Assembly (NCBI GenBank): GCA_017461985.1
Contig: JAFTSA010000004.1
Location: forward strand, 262,053-326,052
Length of the DNA: 64,000 nt
DNA from: Clostridia bacterium
GTDB taxonomy: Bacteria; Bacillota; Clostridia; Christensenellales; CAG-917
Direction: 5' to 3'
Below the pieces are notes generated by a model. It did no database searches and was not told the DNA's origin. It was given only the letters and a program-made list of their open reading frames with translations. A program made the position numbers and the translations under genes. This document shows positions 20,111-29,835 of this stretch, piece by piece. How positions within the stretch are numbered: the stretch's first letter is position 1; every line of letters starts with the position of its first letter.

Positions 20111-20159
20111 AATCATATTTTAGAATGTCGTTTTTGTTTTAATTGATGGGGTTAGAATA

Positions 20160-20870
20160 TCACTTTCCAATGTAAGTGCCAACTGCTTCTCCACTGATGG
20201 CTTTCTTCATTGCATCTTTTTCCATAAGGCTGAATGCGATGACGGGGATTTCATTTTCCATACACATTGTGATTGCAGTTGTGTCGGTTGCTTTCAATCC
20301 TTGTGAGATGACGTCCATATAGGTGAGAGTGTCATATTTCTTTGCATTAGGGTTGGTCTTGGGGTCACTGTCATAGACACCGTCCACGTTCTTTGCAAGA
20401 AGAAGTGCGTTTGCACCAACTTGTGCTGCTTTCAGTGCTGCGCCTGTGTCTGTTGAGAAATAGGGGTTGCCTGTTCCGCATGCGAAGATGATGACTCTGC
20501 CCTTTTCAAAGTGACGAAGTGCACGTTTGAAGATGAACTTCTCTGCCACGTCAGGCATTTCAAGTTCGGTCATAACTCTTGATGCAACACCTTTTCTTTC
20601 AATTCTGTCTTGAATTGCCAGTGCATTGATGACTGTTGCAATCATACCCATATGGTCTGCGGTTGTGCGGTTCATACCGGGGTCTGCTTGTCTTCCTCTC
20701 CAGAAGTTGCCTGCGCCCACAACGATACCGATTTCTGCGCCCAGTTCCTTCACTGCAAGGATTTGGTCAACAACAAAGGACAACTTGTCGTTGTCGATGC
20801 CCATACCGTTGTCTTTTGCAAGTGCTTCTCCTGAAATTTTGATGATAACTCTCTTGTATTTCACTGACAT
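20160..20870 (-). CDS. pyrH: UMP kinase
   Basis: YKRVIIKISGEAL, VVGAGNFWRG and GTGNPYFSTDT. Start set to the ATG at 20870, preceded by GAGG. Confidence 0.95.
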   Translation of the reverse strand: MSVKYKRVIIKISGEALAKDNGMGIDNDKLSFVVDQILAVKELGAEIGIVVGAGNFWRGRQADPGMNRTTADHMGMIATVINALAIQDRIERKGVASRVMTELEMPDVAEKFIFKRALRHFEKGRVIIFACGTGNPYFSTDTGAALKAAQVGANALLLAKNVDGVYDSDPKTNPNAKKYDTLTYMDVISQGLKATDTTAITMCMENEIPVIAFSLMEKDAMKKAISGEAVGTYIGK

Positions 20871-20935
20871 AATAACCTCATACAAGTTTTTGTGTAAAAA
20901 AAGGGAACGCAAGAGCGTCCCCTTTGGATTTTGTC

Positions 20936-21796
20936 TTATTTAAGACCTGCTTGTTGCATAACTTCTTCTGCGAAGTTGTCTTCTCTCTTTTGGAGACCTT
21001 CGCCCATTGCGTAGCGGACGAAACGATAGATCTTTGCGCCGTTGAGATATTGTGCGATTGTGAGGTCGCTGTTCTTGACGAACACTTGGTCAAGCAAGCA
21101 GATTTCTTTGAAGAACTTGTTGATTCTGCCTTCGATCATTTTTTCGATGATTGCGAGGGGCTTGGGGTTCTCTTCATTGAGAGATTGTGCCTTCAAGATT
21201 TCTTTTTCGTGTGCGACGACTTCTGCGGGAACGTCGTTCTTTGAGATGTATTGTGCAGATGCTGCTGCGATTTGGAGTGCGACGTCGTGGAGGACTTCGT
21301 CACTGCAGCAACCACATGCTTCGACCATGACGCCGATCTTGCCACCCATGTGGATATAGGTGTCAACTTTGCTGTCATTTTCTGCAAACACTGTGAAGCG
21401 GCGGATTGAGAGTTTTTCGCCCATCTTCATGACGTATTCGTTGGTGACGGGAGTCATTGCTGTGATGACTTCTTCGACGGTTGCGGTGTCATTGTCAAGA
21501 ATGTAATCTGCAACTTGTGCAACGTATTCGCGGAAAACAGGACCGCCTGCCACGAAGTCTGATTCGCAGTTGACTTCGAGAAGAACGCTCTTGCCGTTTT
21601 TGCTTGCTGAGAAGACGATGCCTTCTGCTGCAATACGTGATTCCTTCTTTGCTGCGGTTGCGATACCCTTTTCACGGAGGTAGTCGATTGCGGCTTCCAT
21701 ATCACCATCGGTTGCGACGAGTGCCTTCTTGCAATCCATCATACCGACGCCGGTTCTGCCACGGAGTTCCATAACATCTTTGCTTGTGAATGCCAT
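20936..21796 (-). CDS. tsf: Elongation factor Ts
   Basis: MELRGRTGVGMMDCKKAL N-terminal UBA-like block. Follows rpsB. Confidence 0.97.
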   Translation of the reverse strand: MAFTSKDVMELRGRTGVGMMDCKKALVATDGDMEAAIDYLREKGIATAAKKESRIAAEGIVFSASKNGKSVLLEVNCESDFVAGGPVFREYVAQVADYILDNDTATVEEVITAMTPVTNEYVMKMGEKLSIRRFTVFAENDSKVDTYIHMGGKIGVMVEACGCCSDEVLHDVALQIAAASAQYISKNDVPAEVVAHEKEILKAQSLNEENPKPLAIIEKMIEGRINKFFKEICLLDQVFVKNSDLTIAQYLNGAKIYRFVRYAMGEGLQKREDNFAEEVMQQAGLK

Positions 21797-21820
21797 ATAT
21801 ATTCTCCTTTCAGTGTTCGA

Positions 21821-22639
21821 TTATTTGTTTTGGCTTTCTTTTTCTGCGATTGCCTTTTCAAGTGCATCTGCAGGTGAAAGTTTTTCTTCTTTTGCGGGTG
21901 CTTCGACAACGGGTTGTTCTGCAACGACTTCTTTTGCCTTGGGTGCGGTGTGTGATTCACCTTGTCTGCCTTCGATGACTGCGTCTGCCATGAGTGATGC
22001 AAAGAGTTGGATTGCACGGATTGCATCGTCATTGCCGGGGATGACGTAATCGACGAGATCGGGATCGCAGTTGGTGTCAACGACTGCAACGATGGGGATG
22101 TTGAGCTTGCGTGCTTCTTTGATTGCGATTTCTTCTTTCTTAAGGTCGACTACAAAGAGGCAGCCGGGGAGACCACGCATATTCTTGATGCCGCCAAGGT
22201 TCTTTTCGAGGTCGTCACGTTCTTTCTTGAGTGATGCCACTTCTTTCTTGGGGAGCATTTCAAATTCGCCAATGATTTCTCTTTGGTTGATTTTGTTGAG
22301 TCTGTCGATTCTGGTGCGGATGGTCTTGAAGTTGGTGAGTGTACCACCGAGCCATCTTTGGTTGATGTAGTACATATCGCAACGTTCTGTTTCTTGTTGG
22401 ATTGCATCTTGAGCTTGTTTCTTTGTGCCGACGAAAAGAACTGACTTTCCTTCTGCTGCGATGCTCTTCACAAATTGATATGCTGCTTCGACGTGGTCGA
22501 CGGAGATTGCAAGGTCAATGATGTGAATATCATTACGTTGTGTGTAGATGTACTTTGCCATCTTGGGGTTCCAGCGTTTTGTCTGGTGACCGAAGTGTAC
22601 GCCTGCTTCAAGCAAGGTCTTCATTGATGTAACTGCCAT
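21821..22639 (-). CDS. rpsB: 30S ribosomal protein S2 (with an extended acidic/K-rich tail)
   Basis: [19 protein letters not shown] and the conserved S2 core. Confidence 0.97.
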   Translation of the reverse strand: MAVTSMKTLLEAGVHFGHQTKRWNPKMAKYIYTQRNDIHIIDLAISVDHVEAAYQFVKSIAAEGKSVLFVGTKKQAQDAIQQETERCDMYYINQRWLGGTLTNFKTIRTRIDRLNKINQREIIGEFEMLPKKEVASLKKERDDLEKNLGGIKNMRGLPGCLFVVDLKKEEIAIKEARKLNIPIVAVVDTNCDPDLVDYVIPGNDDAIRAIQLFASLMADAVIEGRQGESHTAPKAKEVVAEQPVVEAPAKEEKLSPADALEKAIAEKESQNK

Positions 22640-22741
22640 GTTTTAGGCCTCCTAAATTTGTTTATTACCTCCCTCGGCTTCAGCGATTTGGCTACCTAAT
22701 GGAACAACCAAAACTCCACCGAAGTGTGCGGTGCGTGTAGG

Positions 22742-22770
22742 ATTATATAATAATTAAAAAAATAAAGCAA
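22742..22770 (-). promoter_or_regulatory. Predicted sigma-70 promoter of rpsB-tsf
   Basis: On the minus strand: TTGCTT (22770..22765), 17-nt spacer, TATAAT (22747..22742). This leaves a 5' UTR of about 100 nt. Confidence 0.55.
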
Positions 22771-22808
22771 GAAAAAACAACAACAATTTCGTCAAAATTT
22801 CAACTTTT

Positions 22809-23126
22809 TTATTTGTTGTCTTCTTCTTCCCATTCTTCAAGCATTGCCATGAATTCGTTGAACACTTTTTCTAGGACTGCTTGATCTTCGATTGCTGCAA
22901 AGTTTGAGTTGCCGTCTTTGTCTTCGATGATTTCGTAAATGAGGACTTCGTCTTCTGCGATGTCAGGAAGTTCTTCAACGGGTTTCATGACGATATACCA
23001 CTTGTTGTCAACGTCAAGAGTTGCAAGTTCATAAAACTCTTCATCTTTATCAGTTGCTTCGTTGTAAAGGACGATGATATCGTCTTCTTCTGTCATATCC
23101 ATTTGGTCTTTGAAATAATCTGCCAT
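22809..23126 (-). CDS. DUF1292 (UPF0473) family protein
   Basis: Small acidic protein with EEFYELATLDVDNKWYIVMKPVEE-type text. ATG at 23126 preceded by AAGGAG. Usual partner of ruvX. Confidence 0.8.
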   Translation of the reverse strand: MADYFKDQMDMTEEDDIIVLYNEATDKDEEFYELATLDVDNKWYIVMKPVEELPDIAEDEVLIYEIIEDKDGNSNFAAIEDQAVLEKVFNEFMAMLEEWEEEDNK

Positions 23127-23201
23127 AATATTCTCCTTTGCAGTTGCCTGCATTTCGTATTCATATTTTCAGTAGGATTTCACCGAAATCGGCGTTCTAA
23201 C

Positions 23202-23633
23202 CTACCATTTTTTGAAAGATTGTCCGTCAAGGTATGATTGCAAAATGATGGTTGCAGCCACCTTGTCGATGACCTGTTTTCTCTTTTCTCTGCGGACGTC
23301 AGCGCCAATCAACATGCGCTCTGCAGACACCGTTGTAAGACGCTCGTCAACATAGATGACTTGAAGTCCACTGGCCTCTTTCAATGCCTCGCCAAACTCT
23401 CTTGTCACTTCTGCTCTAGGACCTTCAGTGCCGTCCATATTCATAGGCAATCCAATGACAAAAGCGTCGGCATCCTCTTCTTTTGCGTACTTCACAAAAT
23501 AGTTGATGTCGTCTTCATAGGTTTTGCCCTTTCTTACGTATGTTTCTCTTGGGTTGGCGGTGATGCCCAGCATATCGCTGACAGCAACCCCGATACGGAC
23601 GTCGCCAACGTCAAGTGCCACTTTTCTTTTCAT
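23202..23633 (-). CDS. ruvX: Holliday junction resolvase-like protein RuvX/YqgF
   Basis: VALDVGDVRIGVAVSD N-terminus and DERLTTVSAER. Start set to the ATG at 23633 (the track start at 23654 is a TTG). Confidence 0.9.
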   Translation of the reverse strand: MKRKVALDVGDVRIGVAVSDMLGITANPRETYVRKGKTYEDDINYFVKYAKEEDADAFVIGLPMNMDGTEGPRAEVTREFGEALKEASGLQVIYVDERLTTVSAERMLIGADVRREKRKQVIDKVAATIILQSYLDGQSFKKW

Positions 23634-23657
23634 AATATCCTTTGCAATAATCAAAGA

Positions 23658-24989
23658 TTATTGATGGTGTCTATAGGTGTAGCCGTGCTTTTTCTCGGCA
23701 AAGTGTTTTCTTTCCTCTTGGCGCTCATTGATGACCTTTTCAAAACCGTTTTCGGTCGGCTCATAGAAAACTCTATCTTTGATTTCGTCAGGGAGATATT
23801 GTTGCTTTACCCATCCGCCGTAGTCGTGAGGATATTTGTATCCTGACACCTTTTCTGTTTTGTAGTTGGTGTCACGAAGGTAAATGGGCACGGATTCGTG
23901 CCTTATTGTCTTGACCGCATCTTCTGCACTGAACATAGCCTCGACAACTTTGTTTGATTTGGGTGCTTCAGCAACGTAAATAATGCCCTCGGTCAAAGGG
24001 ATTCTGCCTTCGGGCAGACCAATTTTTTCATATGCTTGCATCGCAGACACTGCAACGTTCAATGCATTAGGGTCTGCAAGACCTACGTCTTCTGCAGCGT
24101 GTATGACAATTCTGCGAGCGATAAGCATAGGATCGCAACCAGCATCAATAAGGCGCATGGCCCAGTACACAGCGGCATTTGAGTCGCTTCCGCGCATGCT
24201 CTTGATGAAAGCGGAAATGATGTCGTAATACATGCTTTCGTCAAAGGACAATGCTTTCTTTTGGATTGACTGCTCTGCAACCTCTTTTGTTATGTGCACA
24301 ACACCATCTTTTCCTGCGTTTGTTGTGATTGCTGCAAGTTCAAGTGCGTTGAGTGCTGTGCGAAGATCTCCACCAGCTGCCCAAGCCAAATGATGCAACG
24401 CATCATCGTCCGCATTAATTTGCATAAATCCAAGGCCACGCTCGGTGTCAACAAGGGCACGCTTTAGTCCTTGCAAAATGTCTTTTTCGGTCAGTCTAGA
24501 AAACTCGAAAACACGGCATCTTGACACGATTGCCCTAGTCATATTTGCGTAAGGATTTTCGGTGGTCGAGCCTATGAAAATGATATGACCTTGCTCTACT
24601 GCCTGCAAAACGCTGTCACTTTGTGCCTTGTTCCATCTATGGCATTCGTCAAGAAGCAAATAAGTTTGTTTGCCATACATACGAAGAAGACTCTTTGCCT
24701 CTTCTATGACCTTTTTGGCGTCAGCAACCCCTGCGGTGACCGCATTAAGTTTGACAAAGTTTGCATTGGTGTTTTCTGCGATAATGTTGGCAAGAGTGGT
24801 TTTTCCTGTGCCGGGAGGACCATAGAAAATGCAACTGCCAAGACGTCCTGCTGAAATTGCACGACGAAGCAACGAGCCGTTGCCGACAATCTTTGATTGT
24901 CCTATAAACTCGTCAATTGTTCTTGGACGCATTCTTTCAGCAAGAGGCGCAAGTTTTTCTTCATGTTGTTGAAGGTCAAATAAATCCAT
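23658..24989 (-). CDS. rarA: Replication-associated recombination protein A (AAA+ ATPase)
   Basis: FYGPPGTGKTTLA Walker A, LLLDECHRWNK Walker B, and the MgsA C-terminal text DAAVYWAMRLIDAG. Confidence 0.95.
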   Translation of the reverse strand: MDLFDLQQHEEKLAPLAERMRPRTIDEFIGQSKIVGNGSLLRRAISAGRLGSCIFYGPPGTGKTTLANIIAENTNANFVKLNAVTAGVADAKKVIEEAKSLLRMYGKQTYLLLDECHRWNKAQSDSVLQAVEQGHIIFIGSTTENPYANMTRAIVSRCRVFEFSRLTEKDILQGLKRALVDTERGLGFMQINADDDALHHLAWAAGGDLRTALNALELAAITTNAGKDGVVHITKEVAEQSIQKKALSFDESMYYDIISAFIKSMRGSDSNAAVYWAMRLIDAGCDPMLIARRIVIHAAEDVGLADPNALNVAVSAMQAYEKIGLPEGRIPLTEGIIYVAEAPKSNKVVEAMFSAEDAVKTIRHESVPIYLRDTNYKTEKVSGYKYPHDYGGWVKQQYLPDEIKDRVFYEPTENGFEKVINERQEERKHFAEKKHGYTYRHHQ

Positions 24990-25066
24990 ACGATTTTATT
25001 ATAATTAATAAAACCGAAAATGTAAAGACAAACACGAGATTTGTCTTCAAATTGACCAAATAGACT

Positions 25067-26512
25067 TTAATCCTTAGGTGGCACTTTGAGGTGTATGTCA
25101 AGGGGCTTATCTTTCAGTTGTATCACGGGTATTCCCGTGTATTTTGTTCCGTTGCAGTAGAGTTCACGACAGTCACCCTTTTCAATTTTTAAGTGGTGAT
25201 TTACGCCGAATTCTGTGAAATGCACGTCAACCTCATTGATTTTTCTTGAGAGAAGTGGATTTATGCTCAGCTTGCCATTTGACACAAAAACACCGAGTTT
25301 TATGGTGTTTTGTTGTTGATAATTTGCAAAAGTATTCTTGAAAACGCTCTTTTTTAGAATTATTTTCTTGTTTTGACCACCAAATATAGTGATCATAGCA
25401 TATCTTGATGATAGTGCCGTTGCAAGAAGTTTCATATCCTTTTTGAATAAAGACAGGACAACCTTCTTCCCTGCCAAATTTGTTGAAAATGAAGGCGTGT
25501 ATCTGTTTGTTGCTCTATCCACGTACTTCTTCAAGGCATATGAAAAGGCAAATTCGTCCATATTCAGTTTTGACGATTGACTGCTTACTTCGGTCAAAAA
25601 TGCAGATTTAACTTCATCAGGTGACGAAGCAAAATTTTCATAGTTTTCAAAAATTTCGATGGGAGAGTAAAATTTGACAAAACCCACCAAATCAACAAAT
25701 TTCAGTCCATCGAAAATTTTTGAGGTCAAAGAGCACAAATTTTGCAATACGTCAAAGTAAACAATAGTTGCATAAGTACAATCTTCTCCCCTATGCTTTG
25801 CAGTTAGATGCAAAAACACGTTGTTGTCCTTCAACCCGTTGTAAAACTTGTTTTGCTCATAGTTTTTTGGGTGACGTGCAACTTTCAATGCATATTTGTC
25901 CAATTTCACCAAATTCACTACTCTTTTTGAGATATAGTAGAGTTTTTCTAGATATAGAAACTTTATCATCAATGAAAAGTTGTCGATTTCTGTGTAGGTC
26001 AAGGTGCTGACTTTGTTGAAAATTTCAAAGCAAGTGGCAATCTTTTCCTCAACAAGCAGAAAATCATTATGCTCAAGGAGTGCCCTTGCAACAATTTCAA
26101 TTCGTGCGCCATTTTCAAAAGATGGCATATCTCCAAGTTTTGAGAAATCAAGTTTTTTGAGTTTCTTCAAATCCTTCGTATTGTTTTCTATTTCCGCGAC
26201 AAAGTGTTTCAGTTCAGTTGTTTGACGATGCTTGTTGTCTAAGTGTCGTTTTGCAACAAATTTTGCAAAACCAATGTATCGCACAAACTTTTTTACGGAA
26301 TACTCCTTTTTTCCGTTTTCCTTTGGGAGCTTGTTTGATGATGCAAATTTTTCAAGTTTTTCCTTGAAGGCGTCATCATTAAGTTTTTTAGTGAATGACT
26401 CTCTGTCTTTAGGTTTAAGTGCAAAATAAAGAAACACAAAGAAAATCGTCACCACCGCTGATATTGCATATTCCATATGATGATTGTATCCAAAATACTG
26501 AAAAACAAGCAA
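25067..26512 (-). CDS. Hypothetical protein with one N-terminal TM helix (AT-rich, K-rich)
   Basis: Long ORF with no family motif that I can name with confidence. Start uncertain: TTG at 26512 or ATG at 26476, neither with a clear SD. Confidence 0.55.
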   Translation of the reverse strand: MLVFQYFGYNHHMEYAISAVVTIFFVFLYFALKPKDRESFTKKLNDDAFKEKLEKFASSNKLPKENGKKEYSVKKFVRYIGFAKFVAKRHLDNKHRQTTELKHFVAEIENNTKDLKKLKKLDFSKLGDMPSFENGARIEIVARALLEHNDFLLVEEKIATCFEIFNKVSTLTYTEIDNFSLMIKFLYLEKLYYISKRVVNLVKLDKYALKVARHPKNYEQNKFYNGLKDNNVFLHLTAKHRGEDCTYATIVYFDVLQNLCSLTSKIFDGLKFVDLVGFVKFYSPIEIFENYENFASSPDEVKSAFLTEVSSQSSKLNMDEFAFSYALKKYVDRATNRYTPSFSTNLAGKKVVLSLFKKDMKLLATALSSRYAMITIFGGQNKKIILKKSVFKNTFANYQQQNTIKLGVFVSNGKLSINPLLSRKINEVDVHFTEFGVNHHLKIEKGDCRELYCNGTKYTGIPVIQLKDKPLDIHLKVPPKD

Positions 26513-26630
26513 AAAGCCCTGATATTTATATGTTTAGCTTTTTTGACGATTTATGTGTCAAGATGCGGTCAAAACCAGTGTTTCATGGCGGTTTCGCAAA
26601 AAATATACAACAAAATTTACATGGACAAAG

Positions 26631-26664
26631 GAAAAAGAAAAACACCACTTCATGCAGTGGTGTT
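26631..26664 (-). terminator. Terminator of rnpB
   Basis: On the minus strand: hairpin AACACCAC UGCAUGAA GUGGUGUU, followed by UUUCUUUUUC. Confidence 0.7.
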
Positions 26665-26670
26665 TTTCAC

Positions 26671-27003
26671 GTGTGCGAGATTAGTCTATAAGCCGAGTTC
26701 TGTCTTGAACGGTCATCTATCTAGGCGGTACGTTGCCGTATCGCTCAAGCGACTTGTGGAGCGGGCGGGCAACCCATATTGCTCCGTGTCTTGCATCGGG
26801 TGGGGTTTACATCGCGCCTCGTCACCGATTTGCGGGTGAGCTCTTACCTCGCCTTTCCATCCTTACCCGAGTGTTCGGGCGGTTTTTTTCTGTTGCACTT
26901 TCCTTAAAGTCGCCTTCACAGGCATTTCACCTGCACCCTTGCCCTGTGATGCTCGGACTTTCCTCACGGTATTACTACCCCGCGACCGTCCGGCTAACTC
27001 GCA
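26671..27003 (-). ncRNA. rnpB: RNase P RNA
   Basis: The minus strand carries the universally conserved P4 strands GAGGAAAGTCCGAGC (26965..26951) and ACAGAACTCGGCTTA (26703..26689). A P1 helix pairs GCGAGTTAG at the 5' end with CTAATCTCGC at the 3' end. It has its own promoter and terminator. The only ORFs here are spurious plus-strand ones. Ends are within about 5 nt. Confidence 0.88.
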
Positions 27004-27008
27004 GTGGT

Positions 27009-27037
27009 ATAATATCACACAAGCCTACACTTTGCAA
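27009..27037 (-). promoter_or_regulatory. Predicted rnpB promoter
   Basis: On the minus strand: TTGCAA (27037..27032), 17-nt spacer, TATTAT (27014..27009). The predicted start site coincides with the 5' strand of P1. Confidence 0.6.
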
Positions 27038-27086
27038 CGAAATAAAGAAAAAATCAAGCCAATTTGACTTGATTTTGTGTTGATAT

Positions 27087-27647
27087 CTATTGTTTTGGCT
27101 CATTATACCATTTGTCGAAATACTTTTGTGGGATGTGAAAATACTCTTTCAACTGTTTTGCTTTTATTCTAGTCAGCTGTCCTTTTTGCAAAAGAAGTTT
27201 TACGCTAAACAAAAGATTGATGTAAACTGACTCGAAATCAACAGGAATATCCAATCCGCTTTTTAAGAGATAATTCAACACGTGATATCCTGTGCCTATA
27301 ATAGCTCCATCTTTAGAATTTACCTTATAAACTACTTCGGACCGCGTATTGTATGCCGCAATAGTAATATATATTTTTTCTATTTCTGATAGCTTTATTT
27401 GAACCTCTTTAGATCTTATGTTTCGTTTTACCAAAAAGATTTGTCCGTCCAAGTCCGCCTCAACGCTGCCAGAACATAGTATAATATTCCAAAAACATAT
27501 CAGCCAAAGAAACACATCGACAATAATGCTTGTCAACAAAGTTTTAGTCGTATGCTCAAATACGGAAAATGTAATGGCAGTAAACACGACAGGAATCAAA
27601 ACTAACAATGCTATCGCACCCGGATGAAAATAAATTCGTTTTTTCAT
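27087..27647 (-). CDS. Hypothetical membrane protein (two N-terminal TM helices plus a soluble C-terminal domain)
   Basis: 186 aa. Hydrophobic segments GAIALLVLIPVVFTAITFSVF and LLTSIIVDVFLWLICFWNIILC. No recognisable motif. Confidence 0.55.
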   Translation of the reverse strand: MKKRIYFHPGAIALLVLIPVVFTAITFSVFEHTTKTLLTSIIVDVFLWLICFWNIILCSGSVEADLDGQIFLVKRNIRSKEVQIKLSEIEKIYITIAAYNTRSEVVYKVNSKDGAIIGTGYHVLNYLLKSGLDIPVDFESVYINLLFSVKLLLQKGQLTRIKAKQLKEYFHIPQKYFDKWYNEPKQ

Positions 27648-27672
27648 ATTTTGCTAAAACAAAGAAAAGTAA

Positions 27673-29361
27673 TTACAAACTTGCCTTGTATCTTTCTGCC
27701 CAGGCTTTCATTTCTTTTGCGTGAGGAATTGCGTGGGATGAATAATCTTTGCCACCGATAAGTCTTGCAACTTCTTCAGTGTCATCTTCAAGAAGGTCAA
27801 GATGGGTGTGGGTTTTGCCATTTTCGGTTGATTTTGCAATGAGGAAATGGTTGTCTGCCATAGCGGCAAGTGAAGGCATATGGGTGACTGCGATGACTTG
27901 ACGTTTTCTTGAAATGTTGCACATTTTTTCAGACACTACTGCTGAGATGTTACCTGAAATGCCTGTGTCGATTTCGTCGAAAATCATTGTGCCGATATGG
28001 TCAATGTCTGCAAGTATATTCTTCAAAGCAAGCATAAATCTTGACATTTCACCGCCAGATATGATTTTTGCAAGAGGTTTCAAGGGTTCACCCACGTTGG
28101 GTGAAATCAAAAATTCAACCTTGTCTGCGCCGTTTGAAGTGCAATCTTCTACTTCAACCGCACTGTCAATCTTCACGGTGAAGGTGCTTCCGCCCATACC
28201 AAGGTCGCCAAGTTCTTTTATAATTGACTTTTCAAATTTGTCCGCAATCTTTCTTCTTGATTCGGTGAGATCTTCGCAGGCAGAGGTCAAGTCCTTGACG
28301 GCTTTTTTCAGTTCATCTTCAAGTTTTGCAACTCTATCCCCAGCGTTTTCAAGACGATCTCTTTCTTCAACGGCCTTTTCGTAGAATTTTGTCAGCGCAT
28401 CAAAACTACCGCCATACTTTCTTTGAAGCATACGGACAAGTTCAAGCCTTTCTTCCACTTGATCTGCGCTATGACGGTCAAAGTCAAGCTCGTCAAGAAT
28501 TGATTTGACTGTGTCTGCCACGTCTATGATTTCTGCTCTAGCATCTTCAAGGCGCTCGTTGAGTCCGTCAATACGATTGTCGTATTGAGAGATCATATTG
28601 AGGGTTGAGATTGTGGTTTTAAGTTCAGGGCTGACTGCGGTGCTATCATATCCATCAAGAAGGTTTTTGGCGTTTGTGAGAGCCTCCAAGATGCGCTCAA
28701 CGTTGCGTATGCGCTTGCGCTTGTCGAGGAGTTCATCTTCCTCGCCTTCTTGCACGTCGCCCTTTTCAATTTCTGCAATTTGATATGCGAGGATATCCAA
28801 TCTGCGGACACGCTCATCTTCATCACCAAATGAAGAAAACTCTCTTTTGAGTGATGTATAGTTTTTGTATGTTTCCTTGACTTCGTCAAGGAGTTTCATA
28901 TGCTTTTCACCGCCAAGACCGTCCAAAAGCCCAACGTGATTATTGGGATTGAGGAGAGATTGGTGCTCGTGTTGACCGTGTATGTCAACAAGGAGTTCGG
29001 TGAGTCCTTTTAGTGTTGAAAGAGTGGTCACTCTGCCGTTGATGCGGCAGGAGTTTTTGCCCTCAACGGTCATCTTTCTGTTGAGGATAAGCACTTCTTC
29101 GTCCTCAATGCCGATTTCGTCAAGATATTCCTTGACGGCAGGTGTGAGATAATCGCTGAATACCGCTTCAACCACAGCATAGTCTGTGCCGTAGCGGATA
29201 AGCGAGCGGTCCGCTCTTTCGCCCAAAACGAAAGACACGGCGTCAATGATGATTGACTTACCTGCGCCGGTTTCACCACTCAAAATATTCAGCCCGCTGC
29301 CAAGTTCAACTTGAAGTTTCTCAATGAGGGCTATGTTTTCAACTGAAAGACTTTGAATCAT
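27673..29361 (-). CDS. recN: DNA repair protein RecN
   Basis: SGETGAGKSIIIDA Walker A, long coiled-coil middle, ISGGEMSRFMLAL signature and IFDEIDTGISG Walker B. Confidence 0.95.
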   Translation of the reverse strand: MIQSLSVENIALIEKLQVELGSGLNILSGETGAGKSIIIDAVSFVLGERADRSLIRYGTDYAVVEAVFSDYLTPAVKEYLDEIGIEDEEVLILNRKMTVEGKNSCRINGRVTTLSTLKGLTELLVDIHGQHEHQSLLNPNNHVGLLDGLGGEKHMKLLDEVKETYKNYTSLKREFSSFGDEDERVRRLDILAYQIAEIEKGDVQEGEEDELLDKRKRIRNVERILEALTNAKNLLDGYDSTAVSPELKTTISTLNMISQYDNRIDGLNERLEDARAEIIDVADTVKSILDELDFDRHSADQVEERLELVRMLQRKYGGSFDALTKFYEKAVEERDRLENAGDRVAKLEDELKKAVKDLTSACEDLTESRRKIADKFEKSIIKELGDLGMGGSTFTVKIDSAVEVEDCTSNGADKVEFLISPNVGEPLKPLAKIISGGEMSRFMLALKNILADIDHIGTMIFDEIDTGISGNISAVVSEKMCNISRKRQVIAVTHMPSLAAMADNHFLIAKSTENGKTHTHLDLLEDDTEEVARLIGGKDYSSHAIPHAKEMKAWAERYKASL

Positions 29362-29816
29362 TATTGCAAAATGTTTTCGAGAGCGTCAATCACTCCATCA
29401 ACGTGGTCAACAGAATCAACAGCCACAAAAATGGTGTTGTCGCCTGCGATTACGCCAAGGATTTCTTCATATTCAAGGCGGTCAATAAGCTCTGCTGCTG
29501 CACTTGCAGCGCCTTGTTCTGTTTTGAGAATCACAAGATTTTCTGCTGAGCGGATTGAAAGCACTGTGTTGCGGAAAATTTTGATAAATTTGTCTGCGGT
29601 TGATGGCTCTTTGGGTTGTTGAGCCACGTACTTGTAGTGTCTGCCGTCATCAGTGAAAGTCTTGATGATGTTCATGTCTTTGATGTCACGGCTCACTGTG
29701 GCTTGTGTCACTGAATAGCCGTCTTCACGAAGACGTGCAACCAATTCTTCTTGTGTGTCGATGTCGTGTTTTGCGATGATTTCAAGAATTTTGAGTTGTC
29801 TTGATGCTCTTGCCAT
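29361..29816 (-). CDS. argR: Arginine repressor
   Basis: RQLKILEII...TQEELVARLREDGYSVTQATVSRDIKD winged-helix block and a C-terminal GVIAGDNTIFV oligomerisation block. ATG at 29816 preceded by GGAGGA. Confidence 0.9.
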   Translation of the reverse strand: MARASRQLKILEIIAKHDIDTQEELVARLREDGYSVTQATVSRDIKDMNIIKTFTDDGRHYKYVAQQPKEPSTADKFIKIFRNTVLSIRSAENLVILKTEQGAASAAAELIDRLEYEEILGVIAGDNTIFVAVDSVDHVDGVIDALENILQ

Positions 29817-29835
29817 TATATCCTCCAAACATAGG

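Noticed and set aside
26419-27083. Plus-strand ORFs 26419..26691, 26477..26839 and 26733..27083
   Set aside because: They run antisense through the RNase P RNA gene and its terminator. The open frames are a by-product of the G+C-rich RNA gene.
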